Part shown: positions 19,746 to 31,775 of the stretch, piece by piece
How the letters are laid out: each line of letters begins with the position of its first letter
How positions within the stretch are numbered: the stretch's first letter is position 1
Assembly: GCA_964631935.1 (NCBI GenBank)
Contig: CAZWAV010000001.1
Span: 116,482 to 180,481 of the forward strand
Source of the DNA: an uncultured Candidatus Saccharibacteria bacterium
GTDB lineage: Bacteria; Patescibacteriota; Minisyncoccia; Phycocordibacterales; UBA9973
Direction: 5' to 3'
Length of the DNA: 64,000 bases
Program-made: the position numbers and the translations under genes
Notes under the pieces: model-generated
The model's database searches: none
Told to the model about the DNA's origin: nothing
Seen by the model: the letters and a program-made list of their open reading frames with translations, nothing else

Positions 19746-19760
19746 GAAGCTTGGAAATAA

Positions 19761-20018
<258 letters not shown>

Positions 20019-20131
20019 AGCTTATCTACTCGCTTGCGTCTCTATCAGCAGGCGAGGCAGTTAGCTCCTCATCACTAGAAATATTTTAGTTGTGAGAAGC
20101 TAGGTGTATTTATATAAATAATTAATTTAAT

Positions 20132-20623
20132 ATGGACTCATTCATTTCAACATTTCACATAGATTGGAAAATCCTCATCGCCCAGGCGGTGAATTTCGGT
20201 ATTATATTCCTCGTACTTTATTTTTTTGCATTGAAACCTTTAAAAAAAGTTATGGGTGAACGTACAAATGTTATAGAAAAGGGGATACAAGACGCCAAAG
20301 ACAATGCTCGTTTAATGGCTACAACTAAGACAGAGTATGAGCAAGTTATAGCAAAAGCTAGAGAAGAAGCTCATGCACTATTCCAAGAAGGCAAGCGTGA
20401 AGCTGAAGCAAAGAAAACAGAAATGATAGAAAAAGCTCAATCTGAAGTAGAGATGATGATAGCAAGTGGCAAGAAGAATCTTGAGGCTGAAAAAGTAAAG
20501 ATGGTAGAGGAAGCAAAGAATGAAATAGTTTCTCTGGTTGTCGCTGCTACCGAGAAAGTATTAAAAGATGGAAGCGATAAATCTGTAAACGAGAAAGCTG
20601 TAAAGAAGATAGGTAACATATAA
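20132..20623 (+). CDS. atpF: F0F1 ATP synthase subunit b
   Basis: 163 aa. N-terminal TM followed by a long charged helix. Confidence 0.85.
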   Translation: MDSFISTFHIDWKILIAQAVNFGIIFLVLYFFALKPLKKVMGERTNVIEKGIQDAKDNARLMATTKTEYEQVIAKAREEAHALFQEGKREAEAKKTEMIEKAQSEVEMMIASGKKNLEAEKVKMVEEAKNEIVSLVVAATEKVLKDGSDKSVNEKAVKKIGNI

Positions 20624-20624
20624 T

Positions 20625-21032
20625 ATGAAATTACGTTCAACTAAAACTTTAGCTCAAGCCATATACGAAACCACAAAAGGCAAAAGTGGTGTTGAACTTA
20701 CTAGTGCACTTGAAAAGACACTTTTGTTCCTGGACAAAAATCAGTTACTAGGTAAATCAAAAGAAATACTTTCACAATTAGAGAAAATCATAGATATAGA
20801 AGAAAAAGTACTAAGGGCAAAAGTAAGGAGCGCAGATGTTCTATCAAAGAAAATGATTGATGAATTACAAGAAAGTTTAAAGAAGAGGTACAGAGCAAAA
20901 ACAGTTGAGATAGATAGTACAGTAGACGCAAAGCTAATCAACGGATTAAAAATAGAAGTGAACGATGAGATTATAGACCTGACACTAAGCAACCGATTAC
21001 ATCAATTACAAACACATTTAATAAAGAACTAA
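20625..21032 (+). CDS. atpH: F0F1 ATP synthase subunit delta (OSCP), unusually short
   Basis: 135 aa in the canonical position between atpF and atpA. Confidence 0.65.
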   Translation: MKLRSTKTLAQAIYETTKGKSGVELTSALEKTLLFLDKNQLLGKSKEILSQLEKIIDIEEKVLRAKVRSADVLSKKMIDELQESLKKRYRAKTVEIDSTVDAKLINGLKIEVNDEIIDLTLSNRLHQLQTHLIKN

Positions 21033-21033
21033 T

Positions 21034-22536
21034 ATGGCCAAAAATACAATTGTAGAAAATTTAAGAAAACAAATTGAAAAGTTTCAAGTAGAAGCAAAAG
21101 CCGAAAAAGTAGGCCATGTTATTGAAGTATTCGATGGTATCGCTCGAGTCTCAGGACTCTCTGATCTAAAGGCCTCAGAAATGGTGACTTTTGCTGGTGG
21201 TGAAGCAGGTGTTGCTCTTAACCTTGATGAAGATTCAGTTGGTATCATTATTTTGGGTGGGTTCTCAAACATCAAAGAAGGTGATGAAGTGAAAGCTACA
21301 GGTGAAATCCTTTCAGTTCCAGTTAGTGATTCTCAGATCGGTCGTGTACTAAACGCTCTTGGTGCTCCTATTGATGGCAAAGGTAAAGTTGCCTCAAGTA
21401 AGCTATATCCTATTGAGCGTGTCGCATCAGGGGTGATGAGTCGCCAGGGTGTCGACCAGCCAGTCCAGACAGGTATTAAAGCTATCGATGCTATTATTCC
21501 AGTCGGTCGTGGCCAGCGTGAGCTTATCATTGGTGATCGTCAGACGGGTAAGACTGCTATTGCAATCGACGCAATTCTAAACCAAAAAGGTCAGAACATG
21601 ATCTGTGTCTATGTCTCAATTGGCCAAAAAGATTCGAAACTTCGCAAACTTCAAACTCGCCTAGAAGAAGGTGGGGCTATGGATTACACAGTCATCGTAT
21701 CTGCTGGCTCATCTGAAGCTGCAGCTCTCTCATACATCGCTCCTTATACTGGAGTTTCTATTGCTGAGTATTTCATGGATCAAGGTAAAGATGTATTAAT
21801 AATATACGATGATCTTTCAAAGCATGCTGTAGCATACCGTGAGATTTCACTTCTTCTTCGTCGTCCACCAGGCCGTGAAGCTTATCCTGGAGATGTGTTC
21901 TACTTGCACTCACGCTTACTTGAACGTGCATGTCGTAAGAATAAAGATTACGGAGGTGGATCAATCACTGCTTTCCCAATCATTGAAACTCAAGGTGGAG
22001 ATATTTCTGCATACATTCCGACAAACGTCATCTCTATTACAGATGGTCAGATCTTCCTTGAGACTGATTTATTCTATAAAGGTATACGCCCTGCAGTGAA
22101 CGTCGGTAACTCTGTATCACGTGTGGGAGGAAGTGCTCAGATTAAAGCTATGAAAAAAGTGGCAGGAACTTTGAAACTTGATCTTGCGCAATTCCGCGAA
22201 CTTGAAGCTTTCTCTCAATTCGGTTCAGATCTCGATGAATCTACCAAGCGCCAGCTTGAACGTGGTAAACGTGCAGTCGAAGTTCTTAAACAGCCCCAAT
22301 ACTCACCAGTGGGCACCACAAAGCAAATTGTGACTCTCTATGCTCTTGTGAAAGGTTATATGGATACAGTACCAGTAGATAAGATCAAGCAATTCGAAGA
22401 AGAGCTTGCTGATTACGCAGAACAGAATGCGAAAGATTTCTATACAGATATAGAGAAGAGTAAAATGTGGACAGATGAATCAGAAGCTTCGCTCAAGAAA
22501 GCGATTGAAGATTTCGTAAAGACATTTGTAAAATAA
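21034..22536 (+). CDS. atpA: F0F1 ATP synthase subunit alpha
   Basis: 500 aa. Walker A GDRQTGKT. Confidence 0.95.
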   Translation: MAKNTIVENLRKQIEKFQVEAKAEKVGHVIEVFDGIARVSGLSDLKASEMVTFAGGEAGVALNLDEDSVGIIILGGFSNIKEGDEVKATGEILSVPVSDSQIGRVLNALGAPIDGKGKVASSKLYPIERVASGVMSRQGVDQPVQTGIKAIDAIIPVGRGQRELIIGDRQTGKTAIAIDAILNQKGQNMICVYVSIGQKDSKLRKLQTRLEEGGAMDYTVIVSAGSSEAAALSYIAPYTGVSIAEYFMDQGKDVLIIYDDLSKHAVAYREISLLLRRPPGREAYPGDVFYLHSRLLERACRKNKDYGGGSITAFPIIETQGGDISAYIPTNVISITDGQIFLETDLFYKGIRPAVNVGNSVSRVGGSAQIKAMKKVAGTLKLDLAQFRELEAFSQFGSDLDESTKRQLERGKRAVEVLKQPQYSPVGTTKQIVTLYALVKGYMDTVPVDKIKQFEEELADYAEQNAKDFYTDIEKSKMWTDESEASLKKAIEDFVKTFVK

Positions 22537-22545
22537 AATTAGTTT

Positions 22546-24820
<2,275 letters not shown>

Positions 24821-24826
24821 TTAACT

Positions 24827-25267
24827 ATGTCAAAACTATTATTAAAAATTGTCACTCCAGAGAAACTTATTCTCGAAGAAGAAGTTGATCAAGTTACTCT
24901 CCCTAGTACGGAAGGGGAACTTACAATACTTCCAGAACATATTCCAATGATCGCAGGTCTTGCATCTGGCGATGTCGTAGCGTTCACAAATGGAGAGCAG
25001 GTACCTTTAGCAGTCTCTGGTGGATTCATCGAGGTAAAACAAGTAAATGGCAAGACCGAAGTAGCCATTCTTGCAGACTTCGCAGAACACGTAGCAGATA
25101 TTACCGAGGAAGCAATCAAGCACGCAGAGGCTAAAGCTCTCGATCTTAAGAAGCAGGCTGAGAATAAAGAAATAGTAGATTTCGAACATTTCGCTGCTGA
25201 ACTTGAGCGCTCACTTACTCGTGTAAAAATCGCTGATAAATGGCGAACTCGCAAATATAGGAAATAA
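24827..25267 (+). CDS. atpC: F0F1 ATP synthase subunit epsilon
   Basis: 146 aa. Beta-sandwich followed by a helical hairpin. Confidence 0.85.
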   Translation: MSKLLLKIVTPEKLILEEEVDQVTLPSTEGELTILPEHIPMIAGLASGDVVAFTNGEQVPLAVSGGFIEVKQVNGKTEVAILADFAEHVADITEEAIKHAEAKALDLKKQAENKEIVDFEHFAAELERSLTRVKIADKWRTRKYRK

Positions 25268-25295
25268 AAAACGCGGATATTAAGTCCGCGTTTTT
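25266..25295 (+). terminator. rho-independent terminator of atp operon
   Basis: AAAAACGCGGA-tattaag-TCCGCGTTTTT. Confidence 0.6.
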
Positions 25296-25303
25296 CGATC
25301 TAT

Positions 25304-25729
25304 TTACTTTATCTTCATATCCAACATCTTGCAATCGACAAGAATCATATCTAATAATTTTTGTATTGCATCATCATCAAACTTTACAGCATAGATAATT
25401 TCACCTTTTGCGTTTGCAGTTATAATTCTGTTTTTTGTGCAATTTGAAGGTAAAAGTAGATTGTTTTTATAATGAACTGAATCAATTTCCAAACCTTCTT
25501 CATGAAATACAGTAAATCTAAATCCATATTCACTATCTTTGTCTTTTAAATAAACTGAAAAATTCATGCTGGTTTTATCTAAAGAATCAATATACCTATC
25601 AAATTCTAGGCCTTTGTTTTTTAAGAAATCTGTAACAATATTAACTATCTTTTTTAAATTGTTTTGATTTCTTTGTCTTACTTCTTTTATGTTTACAAAT
25701 GAAATGATCTTCTTTTTCTGCTTTTTCAT
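25304..25729 (-). CDS. hypothetical protein
   Basis: 141-aa ORF with a K-rich N-terminus. Confidence 0.35.
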   Translation of the reverse strand: MKKQKKKIISFVNIKEVRQRNQNNLKKIVNIVTDFLKNKGLEFDRYIDSLDKTSMNFSVYLKDKDSEYGFRFTVFHEEGLEIDSVHYKNNLLLPSNCTKNRIITANAKGEIIYAVKFDDDAIQKLLDMILVDCKMLDMKIK

Positions 25730-25745
25730 TATAGAAATTTTTAGG

Positions 25746-25800
25746 GGTTAAAAAATGCCAAAGCCCTCAATTAATTTGAGAAATTTGGCATTCCTTAACC
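25746..25800. promoter_or_regulatory. large imperfect palindrome (operator-like) in divergent promoter region
   Basis: 17-bp arms GGTTAAAAAATGCCAAA / TTTGGCATTCCTTAACC with 15 of 17 positions complementary, separated by 21 nt. It sits between the divergent 25304..25729(-) and trhO(+) genes. Confidence 0.4.
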
Positions 25801-25882
25801 TAACAAGAATTAATTCTTTTATAGCACTTTTTATGTCTTTCGTCAAGTAATAATAAGCATATTTTTTGGTATATTAGATGTT

Positions 25883-26836
25883 ATGAAAAGTAATTTTACG
25901 ATAATACTATTCTATAAATATACTCATATAGATGATCCTAAAGCATTTAGAGATGCTCAATTCGAGTTATGTAAGCGCCTTGGAATGAAGGGCCGTATGA
26001 TCATAGCCCATGAAGGCATAAATGGCACATTTGAAGGTACAAATGAGGCTTGTCGCGAGTATATGGATCTCATGAAAGCAGATCCTAAATTTGCTGATAT
26101 ACACTGGAAGATAAGTGAAGGTACGACAGACGGCACAGCTTTTCCACGACTCTCTATAAAAACTCGCAAAGAAATAGTATCACTACACTTAGGTGATGAG
26201 GCCGACATTGATCCGAATCAAATCACCGGCACCCATTTGAAGCCTGAAGATTTACATAAATGGTATGAGGAAGGTAAGAAATTCCACATTGTAGATATGC
26301 GTAACGATTATGAACTTCGTGTCGGTAAATTTGAAGGTACCGTTTTCCCAGACTTGAACAATTTCCGCGATCTCAAAAAGAACATTAAGAAAATTGAAGA
26401 TTTAAAAGATACGACAGTACTCACCGTCTGTACAGGTGGTGTGCGATGCGAGAAAGCATCTGGTCTTTTGGTACGTGAAGGGTTCAAAGATGTTTATCAG
26501 CTTGATGGGGGAATAGTGAGCTATATGGAAAAATACCCAGGTCAAGATTTCAAGGGTTCACTGTATGTCTTTGATAAAAGAATTGTTATGAATTTTAATG
26601 ATCCCGAAAAACATGAGATTATTGGTCGCTGTAGTAAGTGTGATGTTCCAAGCGAGCACTATGTGAACTGCGCCAATCTCATGTGTCACGATCATTTTAT
26701 TTGCTGTGAAGATTGTTTAAGGACTAGCGCAGAAAACCATCCTCCATATGGTGAAGCTTATTGCAACATCTGGTGCAATATCAAATGGAAATGGTATCAA
26801 TTTAGAAAGAATTTAAAACTCCATTTAGCTAAATAA
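25883..26836 (+). CDS. trhO: rhodanese-domain tRNA U34 hydroxylase (UPF0176/YceA/TrhO family) with Cys-rich C-terminal extension
   Basis: 317 aa. Family-typical ILFYKYT N-terminus, a rhodanese active-site Cys (CTGGVRCEKA) and a C-terminal CxxC cluster. Confidence 0.8.
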   Translation: MKSNFTIILFYKYTHIDDPKAFRDAQFELCKRLGMKGRMIIAHEGINGTFEGTNEACREYMDLMKADPKFADIHWKISEGTTDGTAFPRLSIKTRKEIVSLHLGDEADIDPNQITGTHLKPEDLHKWYEEGKKFHIVDMRNDYELRVGKFEGTVFPDLNNFRDLKKNIKKIEDLKDTTVLTVCTGGVRCEKASGLLVREGFKDVYQLDGGIVSYMEKYPGQDFKGSLYVFDKRIVMNFNDPEKHEIIGRCSKCDVPSEHYVNCANLMCHDHFICCEDCLRTSAENHPPYGEAYCNIWCNIKWKWYQFRKNLKLHLAK

Positions 26837-26898
26837 GCCATTGACACTTCTGTAAAGTAAAAGTATTATTTATTCATTAATAAATAATACTTTTTAAT

Positions 26899-27465
26899 AT
26901 GGATCCAATAAATCAGGCTAGTGGTGGTTCAAAGAAAGGGTTATATATCGGTATTGGTATTGTGGCTATTTTAGTTCTTGGTTTTCTATTGCGTAATTCA
27001 TTTGGTATGACACGCAATGTTAGTGTCGGTGGGTATAACGCAGAGGTTACTAAGAAATTAGATGGTTCAACAACTTATAAAAGTGATTATGGTACAGCAA
27101 CCGTAAATAGCAATAAGTGGCCAGACAACTGGCCAACAGATGTACCTAAATATAGTAATTCTACTGTCACAACCGCTGGAACAACAAATGCACAAGCTGG
27201 CCTAGAAGCATTTAACGTTGTATTTACAACTTCTGACAATTCTCAAACTGTACTCGATTTCTATAAGAGTGGGTTAACATCTTCTGGTTGGGTATCTCTG
27301 TATTCAGGTAAAGCGATTACTGGTACACAAGTCGGAGCAAATATCACTGTTAGCGCAAAGAAAGACAAGAGGAATGTTAGTCTAGTAATCACAGATTTAG
27401 GTGGCGGACAGACAAGAGCCACTCTAATGACTTACACAATGCCAGAAGTCAAAACTGGGCTGTAA
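26899..27465 (+). CDS. hypothetical membrane-anchored protein
   Basis: 188 aa with an N-terminal TM (LYIGIGIVAILVLGFLL) and a T/S-rich extracytoplasmic region. Confidence 0.35.
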   Translation: MDPINQASGGSKKGLYIGIGIVAILVLGFLLRNSFGMTRNVSVGGYNAEVTKKLDGSTTYKSDYGTATVNSNKWPDNWPTDVPKYSNSTVTTAGTTNAQAGLEAFNVVFTTSDNSQTVLDFYKSGLTSSGWVSLYSGKAITGTQVGANITVSAKKDKRNVSLVITDLGGGQTRATLMTYTMPEVKTGL

Positions 27466-27532
27466 TCTCTTAATAAAAACCCTTATTATTTAATAGGGGT
27501 TTTTATATTTATAGTTATCCACAGATATTCTC

Positions 27533-27561
27533 TTGACTGTGAACGAGCGTTCACATATACT
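27533..27561 (+). promoter_or_regulatory. sigma70-type promoter (TTGACT-17-TATACT) with embedded Cheo-type LexA box TGTGAACGAGCGTTCACA (27538..27555)
   Basis: The perfect palindrome GAAC-N4-GTTC fills the -35/-10 spacer upstream of the small-ORF/lexA operon. Confidence 0.6.
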
Positions 27562-27599
27562 GTATATGTAGTCGATTTAGTAATAAATCAATAAAATAT

Positions 27600-27806
27600 A
27601 TGAACAGAGAACAATACGTCAAAATAATAGAGAGGGAATTGCATAACCTCAACAAGAGAATCGACATGAAGATTCTCCAAGGTGTAGAATACAGGAGAGA
27701 GGCTCGCGAGCACAAGATACTACAGAAGAAAATGCTTCAGCATTCTCGAAAGAGTTTCTTTGGAAAGTTTATATCTGCAGTACCTCAATTTCTAATATTT
27801 TTCTAA
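27600..27806 (+). CDS. small hypothetical protein co-transcribed with lexA (possible SOS-induced membrane-targeted peptide)
   Basis: 68 aa. Charged helical N-part and a hydrophobic C-tail (FFGKFISAVPQFLIFF). Its stop lies 2 nt before the lexA ATG. Confidence 0.45.
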   Translation: MNREQYVKIIERELHNLNKRIDMKILQGVEYRREAREHKILQKKMLQHSRKSFFGKFISAVPQFLIFF

Positions 27807-27808
27807 TT

Positions 27809-28375
27809 ATGCAAAACGAATACAAAAATAAACTCCTATCTTTTTATAATAGAGAAAAGCGCATGCCTACATATACTGAAATGATGCGTCTTTTCGGTTT
27901 CAAATCCAAGAATGCAGTTGCGAGACTAGTCGATAAATTTATCGATGCAGGTTTAGTTGCCAAAGATCACCTAGGTAGGCTTGTTCCAGATCAATCATTC
28001 GATAGTATTCCAATGTTGGGACTCGTCAAAGCTGGCTTTCCATCAGACGTTGCCGAAGAATCTCGTGATACAGTGAACCTCGATGAATATTTAGTTACAA
28101 AGAAAGACAATACCTACATGCTCGAAGTTGATGGTGATTCCATGATTGATGCACACATTGCCGATGGCGATATGGTCCTTGTTGAGAAGACAGACAAAGC
28201 CAAAGACGGTCAAATAGTTATCGCCGACGTAGATGGTGAATTCACAATGAAATATTTCCGTAAGAGTGGCGACAAAGTGTGGCTTGAACCTGCCAATAAA
28301 GATTTCAAAAATATCTATCCTGTTACTTATCTAACTATCACTGCCGTTGTGAAAGCCGTCATTCGCAAGTACTAA
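27809..28375 (+). CDS. lexA: LexA repressor (S24 peptidase)
   Basis: 188 aa. N-terminal wHTH, cleavage-site region and catalytic Ser in VDGDSM with Lys in FTMKYF. Confidence 0.85.
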   Translation: MQNEYKNKLLSFYNREKRMPTYTEMMRLFGFKSKNAVARLVDKFIDAGLVAKDHLGRLVPDQSFDSIPMLGLVKAGFPSDVAEESRDTVNLDEYLVTKKDNTYMLEVDGDSMIDAHIADGDMVLVEKTDKAKDGQIVIADVDGEFTMKYFRKSGDKVWLEPANKDFKNIYPVTYLTITAVVKAVIRKY

Positions 28376-28389
28376 TGTTACAATAGCTT

Positions 28390-30060
28390 ATGACTCAAGC
28401 ACAGGCACTTGCCATTATGAAGACAGGAGTGAATGTGTACCTCACAGGATCTGCTGGAAGTGGAAAGACTTATCTTCTCAATCAATATATTTCATACCTA
28501 AGCGACCACGACATCCCCGTGGCTGTTACTGCATCCACTGGCATTGCTGCTACTCACATGAACGGCATGACCATCCACGGCTGGGCAGGTATTGGCATCA
28601 AAGATACCATGGATGAGCACGATATCGAACTCTTAGAAGGCAAGCAATACTTATGGAAGAGATTCGAGAAAGCTCGAGTGCTTATTATCGATGAAGTCTC
28701 TATGCTTCACGCACATCGTCTCGATATCGTCGAGCGTGTATGCCGAAGATTTAAAAGAAGCGATAAGCCTTTTGGAGGATTACAAGTTATTCTCTCTGGT
28801 GATTTCTTTCAGCTTCCTCCGATCAATCGTTCAAATGAACCAGATCTGAAAGACATGGTCCTCTATAGCGAGGCGTGGCGCATAATGGCTCCAGCTATTT
28901 GCTACCTGACTGAACAACACCGCCAAGACGATGAGATGCTCACAGGTATACTCAATGCTATACGCGACAATTCTATAGACACACTTCATTACGAAGAATT
29001 AGAGAAAAGATTAAATGCCGAGCTTGCAGATGGTGTACGCCCGACAAAGCTCTACACCCACAACGCCAATGTCGACACGGAGAACAGTGCCGAACTCGGA
29101 TCAATAAAAAGCGATGAGAAAATGTACAAGATGACTTCGACCGGTCCTGAGGTACTTGTAGAAATATTAAAGAAGAGTTGCTTAGCTCATGAAGAATTAC
29201 GACTGAAAGTCGGAGCAGAAGTCATGTGCATCAAGAATAATTTCGAAGCCGGATATGTGAATGGCTCAAGAGGTAAGGTCATCGCATTCCTAGATTCAGA
29301 TAATACTCCGATTATAGAGCTCTATAATGGCAAGACCATATACGCTACACCTGAGACATGGGCCATAGAAGAAAATGGTAAGGAGAAGGCGAGCATCAGC
29401 CAGTTACCGATACGCCTGGCTTGGGCTATTACTATCCATAAGAGCCAAGGTATATCACTCGATAATGCTGAGATAGACCTCTCTCGAGCTTTTGCCTATG
29501 GTATGGGATATGTAGCGCTCTCACGCGTGCGTACCCTCGCTGGTATTCGACTTATAGGGTTCAATCCTGACTCTCTTCGTGTTGACCCGAAAGTCTTAGA
29601 ATTCGACCAAGATCTTCGCAATGAAAGTACTCAGAATGAACTCATGTTCGGCAAGTTAAAGAAAGGCGAGCAAGAGAAACTTGAACATGATTTCATTTCT
29701 CGTATGGGTGGAATGATAAAGAAAGGCGACAAGAGAAAAGAAGCTCCGGTTAAAATTTCAACTGTTATGGTGACTAAAGAATTACTTGATCAAGGCAAAT
29801 CCATAAAGGAGATCTGCAAAGCACGAGATCTGACCCCAGGTACCATCACTCACCATATCGAACAGATCATCGAGCAATATCCAGAAACAAATATTTCTCA
29901 TATCAAGCCAAAACAAAAACATATAGACATAGTAAAGAAAGCTAACTCCACGCTCGAAGGTGAAGAAGTAGGGAAGTTAAGTCCAATCAAAATGATATTA
30001 GAGAAAGATGGGCACAAGTTATCATTTGAAGATATAAGATTGGCTAAATTATTTATATGA
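28390..30060 (+). CDS. Pif1/RecD-family ATP-dependent DNA helicase with C-terminal HTH domain
   Basis: 556 aa. Walker A LTGSAGSGKTYLL, Walker B LIIDEVSM and motif ITIHKSQG typical of SF1B helicases. It has a C-terminal HTH-like tail. Confidence 0.8.
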   Translation: MTQAQALAIMKTGVNVYLTGSAGSGKTYLLNQYISYLSDHDIPVAVTASTGIAATHMNGMTIHGWAGIGIKDTMDEHDIELLEGKQYLWKRFEKARVLIIDEVSMLHAHRLDIVERVCRRFKRSDKPFGGLQVILSGDFFQLPPINRSNEPDLKDMVLYSEAWRIMAPAICYLTEQHRQDDEMLTGILNAIRDNSIDTLHYEELEKRLNAELADGVRPTKLYTHNANVDTENSAELGSIKSDEKMYKMTSTGPEVLVEILKKSCLAHEELRLKVGAEVMCIKNNFEAGYVNGSRGKVIAFLDSDNTPIIELYNGKTIYATPETWAIEENGKEKASISQLPIRLAWAITIHKSQGISLDNAEIDLSRAFAYGMGYVALSRVRTLAGIRLIGFNPDSLRVDPKVLEFDQDLRNESTQNELMFGKLKKGEQEKLEHDFISRMGGMIKKGDKRKEAPVKISTVMVTKELLDQGKSIKEICKARDLTPGTITHHIEQIIEQYPETNISHIKPKQKHIDIVKKANSTLEGEEVGKLSPIKMILEKDGHKLSFEDIRLAKLFI

Positions 30061-30338
30061 TAAAAAAGAAAACTAAGAAATTAAGTTTGTTTACAGAGCG
30101 AGTACTAAATATTGTCTCTAGTATAAAGCGCGGTCAGACTATGACTTATAAAGAAGTGGCAGAGAGAGCCGGCAGCCCAGGGGCGGCCAGAGCTGTAGGA
30201 TCTATTATGAAAGCCAATTACAAGCCAGGTGTACCTTGTCATCGTGTTATCCGAAGTGATGGAATTATAGGTGAGTATAATCGTGGCGGCCCTAGAGAGA
30301 AATATAAAAAGCTCAAGAAAGAAGGTGCAATAAAGTAG
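30057..30338 (+). CDS. methylated-DNA--protein-cysteine methyltransferase (MGMT/Ogt) DNA-binding domain protein, stand-alone C-domain
   Basis: 93 aa. PCHRVI active-site cysteine motif and the TYKEVAERAG HTH. Its start overlaps the helicase stop (ATGA). Confidence 0.75.
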   Translation: MIKKKTKKLSLFTERVLNIVSSIKRGQTMTYKEVAERAGSPGAARAVGSIMKANYKPGVPCHRVIRSDGIIGEYNRGGPREKYKKLKKEGAIK

Positions 30339-30342
30339 GGAA

Positions 30343-31158
30343 TTAATTCATGGTTGCTCTATCTTTTATTTCTTCTAATTCTTTTATACGTTGGTCAATA
30401 TTATCCCCTAGACCTCTCATAGATATAAATTCATCCCAATCTGGAGAATCAAAAAAGGAGATTGCTTCCTTTACTTCTTCACTCTTTGCATATCTTTCCA
30501 TCTCTAAAGAGATCAGTTCTTTTTTGAGAGGTATTAATTTGGCATTTATATTTTTTATTTTCTCTGAGAGTAATATTTCGGCTTTCCAATCTAGTAATTT
30601 TGCAACACCGCTTGGCTTAACCAATCCAAGAGATATAATCTTTGTTATCTTGTCTGAAATTTCACTACTTTTTAGTAATTTTGAATTATTTGGATCTTTA
30701 AGAAGAGCACCTCGAACTTCTTCCTCAGAGAGAATTTCACGCCATTTATGATTAGCCAGAGTCTGATCAATTACATCTCGCTCCAAACGAAGTGGTTCTT
30801 GTTCACTTTCGATTTCATCTTTTTTGTACTCAATTATGGTGATTTCTTTTTCCAATCGAGGAACTTGATTAAGCTCTACAATCTGCTTTGCGTACTTTTT
30901 CTGTAATAATTCTAATTTTTCTCTATCTTTTTTATTATTTTCCAAAAGCTCTGTACGGCCCTTTTTTTGAATATTCTCTGCTTGTTTTATGTCTTCGATT
31001 GATGCCTCTGATACATCCCATGTTGAATCGATAGGTTCAGTTGATTCTCCTTCATATTTTTGTTCGGGATCATCATAGTTGAGCTTTCCGCTTAATTCTG
31101 CTTTCTTTTCAAGGTCTTTCACATCTTCTTTAGTGATACCTTTAAATGTTTCTTTCAT
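30343..31158 (-). CDS. hypothetical coiled-coil protein
   Basis: 271 aa, E/K-rich with heptad patterns. No family recognised. Confidence 0.4.
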   Translation of the reverse strand: MKETFKGITKEDVKDLEKKAELSGKLNYDDPEQKYEGESTEPIDSTWDVSEASIEDIKQAENIQKKGRTELLENNKKDREKLELLQKKYAKQIVELNQVPRLEKEITIIEYKKDEIESEQEPLRLERDVIDQTLANHKWREILSEEEVRGALLKDPNNSKLLKSSEISDKITKIISLGLVKPSGVAKLLDWKAEILLSEKIKNINAKLIPLKKELISLEMERYAKSEEVKEAISFFDSPDWDEFISMRGLGDNIDQRIKELEEIKDRATMN

Positions 31159-31220
31159 GTGTTAATTATACCACTTAATTCCTAGTAAATTTAACCAAAA
31201 AGGAATATAATTAACTCGTT

Positions 31221-31769
31221 ATGCAAACACGTTTAATTTCAATAATCATAGGTGCGGTACTCATAGTAAGTATGGGGTCTTTAGTTTATAAGACAAAAAA
31301 GCCAGTAATCTTGCCTACTGAGGAAGGCACAACAAGCGAATCACTCCTTAATGACAATTCCAAACCTGCTCAAACGACTACTCCAGTAAAGCCTAGCACT
31401 CAGCCATCAGTCAAAAAGTATGTATCAGACGATGATGATGACGAAAGTGATGACGATGACAGAGGTAGTACAACAAGCCCAGTAGTAACTCCAAAACCAG
31501 TCACCACCACTCCACCACCTACTACAACAGGAGGAGGTATTACTCTTGCGACCATAGCTAAACATAATTCACGTTCAAGCTGTTGGTCAGCTATCAATGG
31601 TAGTGTGTACGACCTGACAAGCTGGATACCGAATCACCCAGGAGGAGAGCAGGCTATTCTTTCACTTTGTGGTATTGATGGATCAAATGGCTACAATAGT
31701 CAGCATGGTGGGAGCTCAAAGCCGGCTAGAATACTCGGAGGATTTAAAATTGGAACTTTTGCAAAGTAA
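31221..31769 (+). CDS. membrane-anchored cytochrome b5-like heme-binding domain protein
   Basis: 182 aa. N-terminal TM, a D/E run (DDDDDESDDDD), a T/P-rich linker, and a C-terminal cyt-b5 fold with YDLTSWIPNHPGG. Confidence 0.6.
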   Translation: MQTRLISIIIGAVLIVSMGSLVYKTKKPVILPTEEGTTSESLLNDNSKPAQTTTPVKPSTQPSVKKYVSDDDDDESDDDDRGSTTSPVVTPKPVTTTPPPTTTGGGITLATIAKHNSRSSCWSAINGSVYDLTSWIPNHPGGEQAILSLCGIDGSNGYNSQHGGSSKPARILGGFKIGTFAK

Positions 31770-31775
31770 AATTTT

